From Chlamydiota bacterium (GTDB taxonomy: Bacteria; Chlamydiota; Chlamydiia; Chlamydiales; JAAKFR01), in contig JAJFLX010000012.1 of the NCBI GenBank assembly GCA_021772465.1, positions 65,404 to 129,403 on the forward strand: 64,000 bases of DNA. The letters run 5' to 3'. Shown here piece by piece: positions 1 through 10,059 of the stretch (the stretch's first letter is position 1; each line of letters begins with the position of its first letter). Under the pieces are notes generated by a model. The model did no database searches. It worked only from the letters and a program-made list of their open reading frames with translations, and had not been told where the DNA came from. The translations under genes were made by a program, and so were the position numbers.

Positions 1-129
1 GCTGGGATCGTTCCGAATGCCGCTGCCATCCCCACCTCACGTGCAAGGCCTGTAAGACGGCTGATCAAAGTTCCTGAAAAGAAATGGCGAGCGGAAGAGG
101 CTATCGTTTTCGAAGAGTCTTGATTCGTC

Positions 130-1023
130 ATGCATGGATGGGTTAGAATCCCTTTTATGCCACGAAAAACCCCTGCAAATCAACTGCTAATTGGAGCCCA
201 CACCTCAGCGGCTGGAGGGGCGCATAATGCAATCGCTGAAGCGGCCTCAATTGGAGCGACAACCTTTCAATTTTTCACGGCAAATCAGAAGCAGTGGAAG
301 GGAAAACCTCTGACCGAGGAGGGGATTGAGCGCTTTAAAAGAGCGCTGGGAGAATCAGGAATGGAGCAGATCATGAGCCATGCAGGCTATTTGATCAACC
401 TCGGCTCCCCCAATGAGGAAGTGAGAGAAAAAAGCCTCAAAGGCTTTTACGATGAAGTTGAGAGGTGTTGTGATTTAGGGCTCTCCTTCCTCAACTTCCA
501 CCCTGGCGCTGCGCTCAAAGAATCTCGCGCCGCTTGCCTCGATAAAATCGTCGAAGGGATGCTTTCTGTAGAAAATCTACTCGTCGACGATGAGCTCCAT
601 CTTCTTTTAGAGACAACAGCGGGTCAAGGGTCGACAATTGGCTACACCTTCGAAGAGCTCGCCTATTTGATCGACAAAACCAAAAATCGTCTGCCCGTAG
701 GTGTTTGCATCGACACCTGCCACATTTTTGCCGCAGGGTATGATATCCGCACGCCCGAAGGGTGGAATAAGACACTCAAGTCCTTCGATGAACTCATCGG
801 CCTCGACTACCTTTTTGCTTTCCATTTGAATGACTCGATGAAAGAGCTAGGCTCAAAGCGTGATCGTCATGCACCCCTCGGCGAAGGAGAGATTGGAATG
901 GAATGTTTCAAATTTTTAATGGAGTCTCCTCTTACTCGAGAAATCCCCAAATACCTCGAAACCCCGGGGGGGTGCCCCCTTTGGGATAAAGAGATCTGGA
1001 TGCTCAGGGAGTTTGCACAGTAA
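130..1023 (+). CDS. nfo: Endonuclease IV (AP endonuclease, TIM-barrel)
   Basis: 297-aa ORF with [37 protein letters not shown] and FHLNDS motifs typical of Nfo. The internal ATG at 157 is an alternative start. Confidence 0.9.
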   Translation: MHGWVRIPFMPRKTPANQLLIGAHTSAAGGAHNAIAEAASIGATTFQFFTANQKQWKGKPLTEEGIERFKRALGESGMEQIMSHAGYLINLGSPNEEVREKSLKGFYDEVERCCDLGLSFLNFHPGAALKESRAACLDKIVEGMLSVENLLVDDELHLLLETTAGQGSTIGYTFEELAYLIDKTKNRLPVGVCIDTCHIFAAGYDIRTPEGWNKTLKSFDELIGLDYLFAFHLNDSMKELGSKRDRHAPLGEGEIGMECFKFLMESPLTREIPKYLETPGGCPLWDKEIWMLREFAQ

Positions 1024-2399
1024 TGCGCAAGAAAATTAAAGAGATCCGAAGCAACGAGCAACTGGTGGGTGAGGCGGTTACCCTCAAAGGGTGGGTGCGC
1101 ACGGTGCGTCACCAAAAAGCCTTCTCTTTCATCGAAGTGAATGATGGCTCCACCCTCTCAAATATGCAAGTGATTGCCGATCTATCTCTTCGCCCACAAG
1201 AGATCACAACAGGTGCCTCTATAGCAGTGGCAGGGGTCGTGAGCAAGAGCCCTGGCGCTAAACAGAGCGTCGAAATCCAAGCGAAAGAGATTGAAGTGAT
1301 CGGCGCTTGTGACCCTGAAACTTACCCCCTCCAAAAAAAGAGGCACTCGTTTGAGTTTTTGCGCACACAAGCTCATTTGCGTCCACGTACGAACACCTTA
1401 GGAGCTATTGCAAGGGTGCGCAACACACTCGCCTTTGCCTCACACGAGTTTTTTCAAACGCGCGGCTTTTTGCACCTCCATACTCCCATCATTACCCTCT
1501 CTGATTGCGAGGGAGCAGGCCAACTCTTCCAAGTCTCTACACTAGACCCTGCAAATAGAGCGTCAGATAAGCGGGGCCTTGTCGACTACTCCGAAGATTT
1601 TTTTGGAAAAGAGGCCTATCTCACAGTCTCAGGACAACTCAATGCCGAAAGCTACGCCTGCGCCCTCTCTGATGTCTACACCTTCGGTCCCACTTTTCGT
1701 GCAGAAAATTCGCACACCTCGCGCCACCTCGCCGAGTTTTGGATGATCGAACCAGAGATGGCTTTCGCAGATATTTTCGATGACATGGACCTTGCTGAGA
1801 GCTATCTCAAAACAATCTTTGAGAGCGTTTTGAAGAGCTGCAGCGAGGATCTTGAACTCTTCGACCGCTTCGTCTGCAAGGGGGTAATCGAAAGGCTTCA
1901 GGCCATCGTTGAAAAACCTTTTTTACGGCTTACCTACACCGAAGCTGTGGAGCAGCTTCAAAAAAGTGGAAAGATTTTTGAGTTCCCTCTCGCATGGGGA
2001 TGCGACTTGCAATCAGAGCATGAAAGATACCTCACTGAAGAGCTTCATAATCAGCCTGTTATAGTTTATGACTACCCGGCTAAAATCAAGTCTTTTTACA
2101 TGAGAGCCAACGACGATGGAAAAACGGTAGCTGCCATGGACGTTCTTGTTCCAGGAGTGGGAGAGATTATCGGAGGGAGCCAACGAGAGGAGCGCCTCGA
2201 TATTCTTGAAGCTAAGATGGACGCATGGGATCTCGACAAGCAGCACTACTGGTGGTATTTAGAGCTACGCAAGTTTGGCTCAGTCCCTCATGCGGGATTT
2301 GGAGCCGGATTTGAAAGACTCGTCCAATTCGTGACGGGTATGGAAAATATTCGAGACATCTCTGCCTTCCCCCGCTACCCGGGCCATGCGGACTTCTAG
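1023..2399 (+). CDS. asnS: Asparaginyl-tRNA synthetase
   Basis: 458 aa with an OB-fold N-domain plus class IIb core. [21 protein letters not shown] and GFGAGFERL motifs. TAATG stop/start overlap with nfo. Confidence 0.93.
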   Translation: MRKKIKEIRSNEQLVGEAVTLKGWVRTVRHQKAFSFIEVNDGSTLSNMQVIADLSLRPQEITTGASIAVAGVVSKSPGAKQSVEIQAKEIEVIGACDPETYPLQKKRHSFEFLRTQAHLRPRTNTLGAIARVRNTLAFASHEFFQTRGFLHLHTPIITLSDCEGAGQLFQVSTLDPANRASDKRGLVDYSEDFFGKEAYLTVSGQLNAESYACALSDVYTFGPTFRAENSHTSRHLAEFWMIEPEMAFADIFDDMDLAESYLKTIFESVLKSCSEDLELFDRFVCKGVIERLQAIVEKPFLRLTYTEAVEQLQKSGKIFEFPLAWGCDLQSEHERYLTEELHNQPVIVYDYPAKIKSFYMRANDDGKTVAAMDVLVPGVGEIIGGSQREERLDILEAKMDAWDLDKQHYWWYLELRKFGSVPHAGFGAGFERLVQFVTGMENIRDISAFPRYPGHADF

Positions 2400-3380
2400 C
2401 GACTTCAACTTAAAGATTTCAAGCTGACGCCTCACACCGCTTGCTATAGTCTCCCCTTCCAAGCGGGCGAGCTCTGCTGCTTTCGAGCGTCGACGCCTAT
2501 CTATCACCCGGTTGAGTTGATCGACATTGAGAAGGGTAATATTCGATTGCTTTCCAAGCTCAGGATCGACGTTGCGAGGGACACTCAAATCGATGACTAC
2601 TCGCTTCTCTTTTGTAAGCGCTTTTCCACGTATAAGAAAATGAGGACACTGCGTCCCGACGATAGTCAGATCGAAGGCGTGCCACCTCTCGAGCAACTCC
2701 CAAGGAAGCAGGTCTACACTCTCTTGCTCTGCAAAGATTTGCGCTCTTTTAGCTGTGCGATTACAAAAAGTGATCTGCTCAAACCCTTTCTGTCTAAATC
2801 GATGAAAAATATTGTGATTGATCTCTGAAATGCCGACAAAGAGAATGCGCCACTCTTTCAGATCTCCTAGGTGATGCGTCGAAGCTTGCACAATTGTCTC
2901 TTCAAGAGTTGGAAAACTATACCCCTCACCCATCTCTGAGCGGACAGTTTTTCCAATCTTTAGACATTTTTGAAAAAGAAAATGGATCTCAGGAGAGAGG
3001 CGTCTATAGTGCATCGCCATTTCATATGCACGTTTCACTTGCCCTTGAATCTCGGTCTCTCCCACAAGGGCACTGTCCATCCCCGCGGTAACTCGCGCCA
3101 AATGAAAAAAACAGTCTCCCGCAAAGTAGGAGTAAATGCGGTGTTCAAATTCTTCGTCGATTTCACAGCGCAAAATCGCGAAGAGCTCAGTGTGTGTTTT
3201 TGGCAAATCAGAGGAGCTGTAATAGAGCTCTGTTCGGTTGCAAGTGGTGAGAAGTGCATAGGAGAATTGAGTATGAAGCGAATTGTCCGCTCCAAATCGG
3301 CGGTTGCAAGCGATCGCTAGCTTCTCACGAAGGGCAAGATCTGCTGACTTATGATTGATTCCTAGAACACCGATCTGCAT
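2280..3380 (-). CDS. hemA: Glutamyl-tRNA reductase
   Basis: 366 aa. N-terminus [22 protein letters not shown] and the TCNRTELY catalytic-Cys motif. The last 40 codons lie antisense inside the asnS 3' end. Confidence 0.88.
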   Translation of the reverse strand: MQIGVLGINHKSADLALREKLAIACNRRFGADNSLHTQFSYALLTTCNRTELYYSSSDLPKTHTELFAILRCEIDEEFEHRIYSYFAGDCFFHLARVTAGMDSALVGETEIQGQVKRAYEMAMHYRRLSPEIHFLFQKCLKIGKTVRSEMGEGYSFPTLEETIVQASTHHLGDLKEWRILFVGISEINHNIFHRFRQKGFEQITFCNRTAKRAQIFAEQESVDLLPWELLERWHAFDLTIVGTQCPHFLIRGKALTKEKRVVIDLSVPRNVDPELGKQSNITLLNVDQLNRVIDRRRRSKAAELARLEGETIASGVRRQLEIFKLKSLEVRMARVAGEGRDVSNIFHTRHELDESFKSGSKSRMRD

Positions 3381-3451
3381 AGAATCAACTTATATACCCA
3401 AAGATTTGCTTTATGGACTAGATTTTTCTCGATCCGTATCATCTCTTCCAT

Positions 3452-5266
3452 ATGGCAAAGAAAAAAAGTTACGACGAAAACGCAATTCAAACAGTTGATG
3501 CTCTGACGCATATTAGAATGCGTTCAGGGATGTATATAGGGCGCTTAGGAGATGGAAGCCACATTGACGATGGCATTTATATTCTCCTCAAAGAGGTGAT
3601 CGATAACAGCATTGATGAATTTATCATGCACCAGGGTAATCAGATCGTCATCACATTTGATCTTGAAACCCAGATGATCGCTGTGCGCGATTACGGTAGA
3701 GGGATTCCCCTTGGGAAGGTGATCGACTGCGTGAGTCAAATCAATACAGGCGCTAAATATAACGACGATGTCTTCCAGTTCTCTGTCGGACTCAATGGAG
3801 TGGGGCTCAAAGCAGTCAATGCTCTCTCCAGTCATTTTACCGTTCGCAGCTTCCGCGAGGGGAAACGATTCGAAGCGACTTTTTCTAGAGGAAAACTCGA
3901 ATCGAAAAAAACGACCCAAACTCGAGAAAAAAATGGGACCTACATTGAGTTCACTCCCGACAGTGAAATTTTTAAAAAATACCACTACCGAGAGGAGTTT
4001 ATCCGAAAAAGGCTCTGGCATTACGCCTACCTCAATACCGGTCTCACCCTCTTTTTCAATGGGGAAGCGATCCAATCTGAGCACGGCCTGCTCGATCTGC
4101 TCAATAGCGAAGTGACTGAGGGGCGCCTTTACGACCCCCTCCATTACCGCTCTGAAAAGCTTGAATTTGCTTTTCTCCACACCCAAAACTACGGTGAGAT
4201 TCACTACTCTTTTGTCAATGGACAGTATACTGCAGATGGGGGAACTCACCTCTCTGGTTTCCGTGAGGGGGTGCTCAAGGGAGTGAATGAGTACGCTAAA
4301 AAAAACTATCAAGGCGTCGATGTGCGCGAAGGGATTGTGGGGTGCGCCCTTGTAAAGGTCAAAGACCCCATATTCGAATCGCAAACGAAAAACAAACTTA
4401 GCAACACCGATATCCGCGGCTCGATCGTTCAAGAAGTGAAAGAGGCTGTCTCTGATCTTCTCCATAAAAATCCCGAAATCGCTTCAAAACTCATCGAACG
4501 TATCGGCTTTAATGAGAAGCTGCGCAAAGAGCTCGCAGCTGTAAAAAAAGAGGCTAAAGAGAAACAGAAAAAAATCTCTTTCAAAATCCCGAAGCTGCGC
4601 GACTGTAAATTCCACTACAACAAAAAGTCTCTCTATAGCGATGAGACGATGATTTTTCTCACAGAGGGAGAGTCGGCGACTGCCTCGATTGTCGCTTCAA
4701 GAGACCCCTTGAGACAAGCGATCTACTCCTTGCGGGGCAAACCTATGAATGTGCACGGGATGAAGCTCGACCAGCTCTACAAAAACGAAGAGCTCTTCAA
4801 CTTGATGAGCGCACTCAATATAGAAGAGGACCTCGCAGGATTGCGTTATAACAAAGTTATTCTTGCAACGGATGCAGATGTCGATGGCATGCATATCCGC
4901 AACCTGCTTGTTACCTTCTTTTTGACCTACTTTGAAGGACTTGTCGTCAATGGCCATCTCTACATTCTCGAAACCCCACTCTTTAAAGTGAGAGACAAAA
5001 CAACTACCTACTACTGTTACTCAGAAGAGGAGAAAAAAGAGGCTATTGAAAAGCTTCAGAAAAACTACGAGGTGACACGCTTTAAAGGATTAGGGGAGAT
5101 CTCACCGTCCGAATTCAAGCAGTTTATCGGAAAAGATATGCGTCTGCGCCATGTTGAGATCAACGCTCTTTCCGATATCCGGCCAACGCTCAATTTCTTT
5201 ATGGGCAAAAACACCCCGGAGCGACGAAACTACATCATGCAAAACCTGATTCCCGTGGAACTCTAG
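3452..5266 (+). CDS. parE: Type IIA topoisomerase subunit B, short form (topoisomerase IV ParE / chlamydial GyrB_2 type)
   Basis: 604 aa with a GHKL ATPase N-domain and Toprim motifs (LTEGESA, DADVDGMHI). It is shorter than canonical GyrB. The A-subunit gene starts 2 nt after its stop. Confidence 0.85.
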   Translation: MAKKKSYDENAIQTVDALTHIRMRSGMYIGRLGDGSHIDDGIYILLKEVIDNSIDEFIMHQGNQIVITFDLETQMIAVRDYGRGIPLGKVIDCVSQINTGAKYNDDVFQFSVGLNGVGLKAVNALSSHFTVRSFREGKRFEATFSRGKLESKKTTQTREKNGTYIEFTPDSEIFKKYHYREEFIRKRLWHYAYLNTGLTLFFNGEAIQSEHGLLDLLNSEVTEGRLYDPLHYRSEKLEFAFLHTQNYGEIHYSFVNGQYTADGGTHLSGFREGVLKGVNEYAKKNYQGVDVREGIVGCALVKVKDPIFESQTKNKLSNTDIRGSIVQEVKEAVSDLLHKNPEIASKLIERIGFNEKLRKELAAVKKEAKEKQKKISFKIPKLRDCKFHYNKKSLYSDETMIFLTEGESATASIVASRDPLRQAIYSLRGKPMNVHGMKLDQLYKNEELFNLMSALNIEEDLAGLRYNKVILATDADVDGMHIRNLLVTFFLTYFEGLVVNGHLYILETPLFKVRDKTTTYYCYSEEEKKEAIEKLQKNYEVTRFKGLGEISPSEFKQFIGKDMRLRHVEINALSDIRPTLNFFMGKNTPERRNYIMQNLIPVEL

Positions 5267-5268
5267 AT

Positions 5269-7173
5269 ATGGATGATTTTAAACAGCTCTACAAAGAGAA
5301 CTACCTCAACTACGCCTCTTATGTGATTCTCGACCGCGCTATCCCTGATGTGATTGACGGTCTAAAACCTGTCCAGCGTCGGATTTTGTGGACCCTCTTC
5401 CGGATGGATGATGGAAAAATGCACAAAGTTGCCAATGTAGCTGGGCAAACTATGGCCCTCCACCCTCATGGTGATGCGCCGATTGTCGACGCTCTTGTCT
5501 CACTGGCAAATAAGGGCTACTTACTCGAGATGCAGGGAAATTTTGGAAATCCTTCTACTGGAGATCCAGCCTCAGCTGCTCGCTACATCGAAACTAGGCT
5601 GGGTTCACTTGCAAAAGAGACCCTTTTCAACCCAGCCCTAACCCCTTTTCTTCCCTCTTATGATGGACGCGCCCAAGAGCCCGTCTATCTGCCTGCAAAA
5701 ATCCCCCTTCTTTTGTTGCAAGGCGCCGAGGGGATCGCGGTGGGCATGGCGACTAAAATCCTTCCTCACAACTTTTCTGAGCTGATCGAGGCCGAAATCG
5801 CTCTGCTCAACGGAAAGCACCTCGAGTTTGTCCCCGATTTTCCCTCTGGGGGCATCATGGACGCTGCAGATTACGACGATGGGAAAGGGAAAGTACGTCT
5901 CCGGGCTAAAATCGAAGTGGTCGATGATAAAACACTTGTCATCAAAGAGATTTGCTATGGAACGACCACAGAGTCTCTCATCCGCTCCATTGATGAAGCT
6001 GCCAAAAAGGGGAAAATTAAGATCGAATCGATCAGCGATTACACAGCTGAGAGAGTTGAGATCGAGATCAAGCTTCCAAGAGGACAGTATGCAAAAGATC
6101 TCCTCGAGCCTCTCTACGCTTTCACCGATGCCGAAGTCTCTATCAGCACTCAGATGCTCAGCATCAACCAGAAACTCCCTTGGGAGGGGAGTGTTTCACA
6201 AATTTTGCAGTTGCATCTTGAAAAGCTTCAGGGGTACTTAAAAACTGAACTCGAGATTGAAAGAGACCGTCTTCTTGAAAAGATTTTCGAAAAAACTCTC
6301 GAGCAGATTTTTATTGAAAATCGGCTTTACAAACAAATCGAAGAGATCAGCCACTACGAAAAGATTCATGGAACTATCGAGAAGAGCTTACTTCCCTTTC
6401 ACAAGCAGCTCGCTCGTATTCCCTCAAAAGAAGACCGTGAGCGCCTTTTAGCTATTCCCATCCGCCGCATTTCCCGTTTCGATATTCAAAAAAACGAAGA
6501 TGAGGTCGTAGTTTTAGAGAAAAAATTGCTCGAGACAGAGAGACATCTGAAAAATATCAAAAAATTCACTTCCAATTACCTTCAGGGGCTTTTGAAAAAA
6601 TACGGGGCGCTATTTCCTCGGAAAACTCAGATCAAAACTCTTGAGACGCTGGACAAAAAAGCCATCCTCGAGCGGAAAGTAGTTGTGGGGTATGATGCCT
6701 CTTCAGGGTTTATTGGTACTAAAGTGAGCTCTGAGCATCAAATAGAGTGTTCCAATCTCGACAAGTTGCTCATGCTCTTTGAAGATGGGACCTACCAAGT
6801 GATCAACATACCTGAAAAGCAGTTTATCCACACAAGCGATGCAGCAGCGGTATGGGTGGGCCCTGCAGACAAAACGACGCTTTTCAGAGTGCTCTACAGA
6901 GACAAAAAGACTCAGTACCCTCATGTGAAACGGTTTATTGTGAAACAGTTTATCCTTGATAAAGAATACCGATTTTTAGATGCTGACCACAAATTGGAGC
7001 TGCTCACGACAAAGCCTGATGTTGTCGTCCAACTCAGCTTCAAGCCCAAAGCGCGTCAAAAGCTTACAAAACTCGAGTGTGAGCTCGATGAGGTGCTCAT
7101 AAAAGGGGTTAGCGCCCGGGGCGTGAGAGTCACGAATAAAGAGTTAAAGTCGGTTAAAATCTTTAGGAGCTAG
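5269..7173 (+). CDS. parC: Type IIA topoisomerase subunit A, short form (ParC / GyrA_2 type)
   Basis: 634 aa. DGLKPVQRR, HPHGD and the catalytic Tyr context AARYIETRL. Paired with the upstream B subunit. Confidence 0.85.
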   Translation: MDDFKQLYKENYLNYASYVILDRAIPDVIDGLKPVQRRILWTLFRMDDGKMHKVANVAGQTMALHPHGDAPIVDALVSLANKGYLLEMQGNFGNPSTGDPASAARYIETRLGSLAKETLFNPALTPFLPSYDGRAQEPVYLPAKIPLLLLQGAEGIAVGMATKILPHNFSELIEAEIALLNGKHLEFVPDFPSGGIMDAADYDDGKGKVRLRAKIEVVDDKTLVIKEICYGTTTESLIRSIDEAAKKGKIKIESISDYTAERVEIEIKLPRGQYAKDLLEPLYAFTDAEVSISTQMLSINQKLPWEGSVSQILQLHLEKLQGYLKTELEIERDRLLEKIFEKTLEQIFIENRLYKQIEEISHYEKIHGTIEKSLLPFHKQLARIPSKEDRERLLAIPIRRISRFDIQKNEDEVVVLEKKLLETERHLKNIKKFTSNYLQGLLKKYGALFPRKTQIKTLETLDKKAILERKVVVGYDASSGFIGTKVSSEHQIECSNLDKLLMLFEDGTYQVINIPEKQFIHTSDAAAVWVGPADKTTLFRVLYRDKKTQYPHVKRFIVKQFILDKEYRFLDADHKLELLTTKPDVVVQLSFKPKARQKLTKLECELDEVLIKGVSARGVRVTNKELKSVKIFRS

Positions 7174-7174
7174 C

Positions 7175-7447
7175 ATGAGTGAGAGCAGTGGAATAGGTGG
7201 AACTCCTCTGAAACCTACGGAGACAAGTGAATCGGGCGGCCCTACTGGGGAGCCTAGTAGCGCCTCTGTAGAATCGGCTCTCAAGACCCCTGTTAGAACG
7301 CTTGGAGAGCTCAAAAAAATGTTGATTGAAAAGCTTGGGCACAAAAAAGGGTTAGAGATGTACAACCGCTTCCTCACAGGGATCGGGCAGGTTATGTACT
7401 CTCAAATGCAAACGACCAAAGCGCACCCTCCCCCATCGGACAAGTGA
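7175..7447 (+). CDS. Hypothetical small protein (Ser/Gly/Pro/Thr-rich N-terminus)
   Basis: 90-aa ORF. AGGAG at 7165-7169 lies 5 nt before the ATG, and the gene starts directly after the parC stop. I recognise no family. Confidence 0.45.
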   Translation: MSESSGIGGTPLKPTETSESGGPTGEPSSASVESALKTPVRTLGELKKMLIEKLGHKKGLEMYNRFLTGIGQVMYSQMQTTKAHPPPSDK

Positions 7448-7449
7448 GC

Positions 7450-7689
7450 ATGATTCAGCTTTTCCTCGCCGTACCCTACTCTACTCAAAAAGCGAGCTAC
7501 CTCACCCGAGGTGACGTTTATCTCACCCCTCTCATGTTTAAAGGTAAAAACTATCTCGGTAAACCCCTAGAGGGCACCCCCACCCTCTCAGATCTCGAAA
7601 ATCTTGAAGCGAATCTTTTGAGTTTACTCCACAAGCTGGATCCCAACGCCCATTTTCCGCTGCCCCGCCTGCTCACTCTCCATGGATGA
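7450..7689 (+). CDS. Hypothetical small protein
   Basis: ATG at 7450, 3 nt after the previous stop (the ORF track lists a GTG at 7444). Its end overlaps the rluD start by 8 nt, so operon placement supports it. No recognisable motif. Confidence 0.4.
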   Translation: MIQLFLAVPYSTQKASYLTRGDVYLTPLMFKGKNYLGKPLEGTPTLSDLENLEANLLSLLHKLDPNAHFPLPRLLTLHG

Positions 7690-8590
7690 AACCCTTATCA
7701 TTTCAGAACTTGAGGCGGGAATGCGCCTCGACAAATGGCTCGCTAGCCACTACCAGGACTACTCACGGCAGTACTTTCAGTATCTGATTGAGAAAAAATT
7801 GGTGCTCGTAAACGGCTTGATTGCCAAAAAGGCTTATCGCCTTGAGATTGGCGATGAGATTGAAATCGAATTTGCCCTCACCCCTGAAATCACACTCGAG
7901 CCTGAAAACATTCCCCTTGATATTCTCTATGAAGATGACGCCTTGCTTGCGATCAATAAACCTGTTGATATGGTCGTTCATCCTGCGGCGGGAAATTGGA
8001 GTGGCACTTTTGTTCACGCTCTACTCTACCATTGCAACCATCTTCCCAAGGGGGAGACGCTCCGCCCTGGCATCGTCCACCGACTTGACAAACAGACAAC
8101 GGGTGTGTTGCTCGCGGCTAAGACAGAGAGAGCTCAATCAAAGCTCGTCGAATCATTTGCAGCGAGGCGGATTGAAAAAACCTACCTCGCCGTTTGTGTA
8201 GGCAACCCTAAAGAGCGCGTGATCGAAGGAAATATTGGACGCCACCCTGTTCATCGAAAGAAAATGGCTGTAATCAAAGAGGGGGGAAAGCCTGCGCGCA
8301 CTTTATGCAAAATTCTCCGTTTTTCCTCACCTTTGAGCCTTGTAGAGCTTGGGGCTGAAACGGGGAGAACCCACCAGCTTCGAGTCCATCTTCAATCGAT
8401 TGGCACCCCCATTTTGGGGGATCCGGTTTACGGGACCCCTTCGCTTAACAAAAAATATGGAGTGGAAAGACAGCTGCTTCACGCGCATCGACTGGTATTC
8501 GATCACCCTATCACAGGTGCTCACCTTGTGATCGAAGCTCCTCTGCCTGAAGACATGACATCGATTATAGAAAAATTCCTCAAGCCCTAA
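7682..8590 (+). CDS. rluD: RluA/RluD-family 23S rRNA pseudouridine synthase
   Basis: 302 aa with an S4-like N-domain (RLDKWLA) and the catalytic motif HRLDKQTTGVLLAAKT. Confidence 0.88.
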   Translation: MDETLIISELEAGMRLDKWLASHYQDYSRQYFQYLIEKKLVLVNGLIAKKAYRLEIGDEIEIEFALTPEITLEPENIPLDILYEDDALLAINKPVDMVVHPAAGNWSGTFVHALLYHCNHLPKGETLRPGIVHRLDKQTTGVLLAAKTERAQSKLVESFAARRIEKTYLAVCVGNPKERVIEGNIGRHPVHRKKMAVIKEGGKPARTLCKILRFSSPLSLVELGAETGRTHQLRVHLQSIGTPILGDPVYGTPSLNKKYGVERQLLHAHRLVFDHPITGAHLVIEAPLPEDMTSIIEKFLKP

Positions 8591-8646
8591 TCGCGACCCC
8601 CCTTCTCGATGTTGAGGTAAATGGATCGATGCTTCAAGATAGATGC

Positions 8647-9087
8647 ATGCGACTTCTCATCCAAAGAGTAAAACAGGCCCAGGTAACCGTAGGCGAGAAA
8701 GTGTGCGGAAAAATTGGCCCAGGCCTTCTTCTCTTTTTAGGGATTCACAAACAAGACTCTCCACAAGAAATTGAGTGGCTCGTCAACAAAGTGGTCGGCC
8801 TACGAGTTTTTAAAGACGAAACAGGCAAGATGAACCGCACTATCGAGGAAGTAGGAGGTCAAATCCTCGTCGTCAGCCAATTCACCCTCTATGGGAGTTG
8901 CACTCAAGGGAAGCGCCCAGAGTTTACCGAAGCGGCACTGCCCGAGCCCGCGTTCCTCCTCTATGAAGAGTTCATCAATGAGCTTACAGCCCGATTAGAT
9001 ACCCCTATCCAGTCGGGAATTTTTGGAGCTACGATGGAAGTTGCGCTCATCAATGACGGCCCAGTCACATTCTTTCTAGAAAGATAG
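8647..9087 (+). CDS. dtd: D-aminoacyl-tRNA deacylase
   Basis: MRLLIQRV start. SQFTLYG and GKRPEF motifs typical of Dtd. The ORF track start at 8629 adds 6 non-conserved codons. Confidence 0.88.
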   Translation: MRLLIQRVKQAQVTVGEKVCGKIGPGLLLFLGIHKQDSPQEIEWLVNKVVGLRVFKDETGKMNRTIEEVGGQILVVSQFTLYGSCTQGKRPEFTEAALPEPAFLLYEEFINELTARLDTPIQSGIFGATMEVALINDGPVTFFLER

Positions 9088-9148
9088 ACTGTATAATATA
9101 ATTTTTAGTACTATCGAGAAAGTGCACCGGAAGTAGAGGACCACGACT

Positions 9149-9406
9149 ATGAAAGAATTTGTAGCTTATATCGTTAAGAATCTGGTTGATAATCCTGATA
9201 AAGTAGAAATCAAGGAAGTGGGCGGTACCCACACCATCATTCTCGAGCTCTCTGTAGAAAAATCAGATATTGGAAAAATCATTGGAAAACGGGGTAAGAC
9301 GATCAATGCGATTCGCACCCTTTTGATGTCAGTTGCCAGCCGCAATGGTCTCCGAGTGAATCTCGAGATTATTGAAGAAGAAGAAGAAGAAGAAGAGAAG
9401 AAGTAA
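9149..9406 (+). CDS. KH-domain RNA-binding protein (UPF0109/YlqC-like) with poly-Glu tail
   Basis: 85 aa. The IGKIIGKRGKTINAIR GXXG KH motif. C-terminal EEEEEEEEKK. Confidence 0.8.
   Translation: MKEFVAYIVKNLVDNPDKVEIKEVGGTHTIILELSVEKSDIGKIIGKRGKTINAIRTLLMSVASRNGLRVNLEIIEEEEEEEEKK
9374..9403 (+). repeat. Trinucleotide repeat (GAA)7-GAG-(AAG)2 encoding the poly-Glu/Lys tail
   Basis: Read directly: gaa x7, gag, aag aag, then taa. Confidence 0.9.
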
Positions 9407-9411
9407 AGGAT

Positions 9412-9484
9412 CGGACCGAGCAGGATTCGAACCTGCGACCACCCGCTTAGAAGGCGGGTGCTCTATCCGCTGAGCTATCGGTCC
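9412..9484 (-). tRNA. tRNA-Arg (anticodon UCU)
   Basis: Reverse complement reads GGACCGA-TA-GCTC-AGCGGATA-GAGC-A-CCCGC-CTTCTAA-GCGGG-TGGTC-GCAGG-TTCGAAT-CCTGC-TCGGTCC-G. Acceptor, D, anticodon and T stems pair perfectly. No encoded CCA. Confidence 0.93.
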
Positions 9485-9494
9485 CACGGCGGCT

Positions 9495-9523
9495 ATAGTA
9501 GCCCTTTTTTTTCTAAACAACAA
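9495..9523 (-). promoter_or_regulatory. Candidate sigma-70/66-type promoter for tRNA-Arg
   Basis: Minus strand reads TTGTTG, 17 nt, TACTAT. The -10 ends about 10 nt upstream of the mature tRNA 5' end. Confidence 0.3.
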
Positions 9524-9526
9524 GAG

Positions 9527-9556
9527 TTGAATTTTACCCCTATTGCGGTCTATAAT
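9527..9556 (+). promoter_or_regulatory. Candidate promoter for folK (TTGAAT-18 nt-TATAAT)
   Basis: The consensus -10 ends 8 nt before the folK ATG at 9565, and there is no Shine-Dalgarno. This implies a leaderless or near-leaderless transcript. Confidence 0.3.
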
Positions 9557-9564
9557 CTCCCTCA

Positions 9565-10059
9565 ATGATAGATTGTTATCTGGGGATTGGAGGGAATTTT
9601 GAGTCGACCCCCTCTCTTATTCGCCAAGTGATCGAATCCCTCGAGAAGATGAGAGAAATCTCTCAGCTCCAAGCCTCCAAGCTCTACCGAACCACCCCTG
9701 TGAGCGAGATCTTTCAACCCGACTACTGGAATGCAGTGTGCCGCTTTCACTGCACCATGAAACTTCACGCGCTGTGGGAAGTGCTACAACAGATGGAAAA
9801 AAAACTGGGAAAGATACCTAAAATGAAAAATGCCCCCCGAGCGATCGATCTCGACTTGCTCTTTTATGGCTCCCTTGTCTTTTCTGATGAGCACCTCACA
9901 ATCCCTCATCCGAGGTGGCAAGAGCGTCTCTTTGTACTCGCCCCACTCACCGATCTTACCGAACGCATCGATCTCGACCCTCCTATCGATCTCATCACAT
10001 TGATGGATCAATTTTCCAATCCTCACAAAGAGAAGGTAGTCGCTTTATGCAGCCTCTAA
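9565..10059 (+). CDS. folK: 2-amino-4-hydroxy-6-hydroxymethyldihydropteridine pyrophosphokinase (HPPK)
   Basis: 164 aa. YLGIGGN, LYRTTPV, PRAIDLDLLFYG and IPHPRWQERLFVLAPL motifs. Confidence 0.85.
   Translation: MIDCYLGIGGNFESTPSLIRQVIESLEKMREISQLQASKLYRTTPVSEIFQPDYWNAVCRFHCTMKLHALWEVLQQMEKKLGKIPKMKNAPRAIDLDLLFYGSLVFSDEHLTIPHPRWQERLFVLAPLTDLTERIDLDPPIDLITLMDQFSNPHKEKVVALCSL

Noticed and set aside
1-123. Open reading frame running from the window edge to a TGA at 121-123 (+ strand, ...RRLIKVPEKKWRAEEAIVFEES*). It could be the 3' end of an upstream gene.
   Set aside because: Only 40 codons and no recognisable motif. An open frame of this length can arise by chance, so it is not reported as a feature.
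3545-4465. 306-aa ORF antisense to parE.
   Set aside because: It lies entirely inside a strongly supported topoisomerase gene. The sequence is low-complexity and without motifs, so it is a typical shadow ORF.
9915-10046. 44-codon N-terminal extension of kdsA in the ORF track (Arg/Ser/His-rich). A similar 39-codon extension of lptB lies at 11560-11676.
   Set aside because: Conserved protein sequence begins at the internal ATGs (10047 and 11677). The extensions overlap upstream genes and look like out-of-frame read-through.
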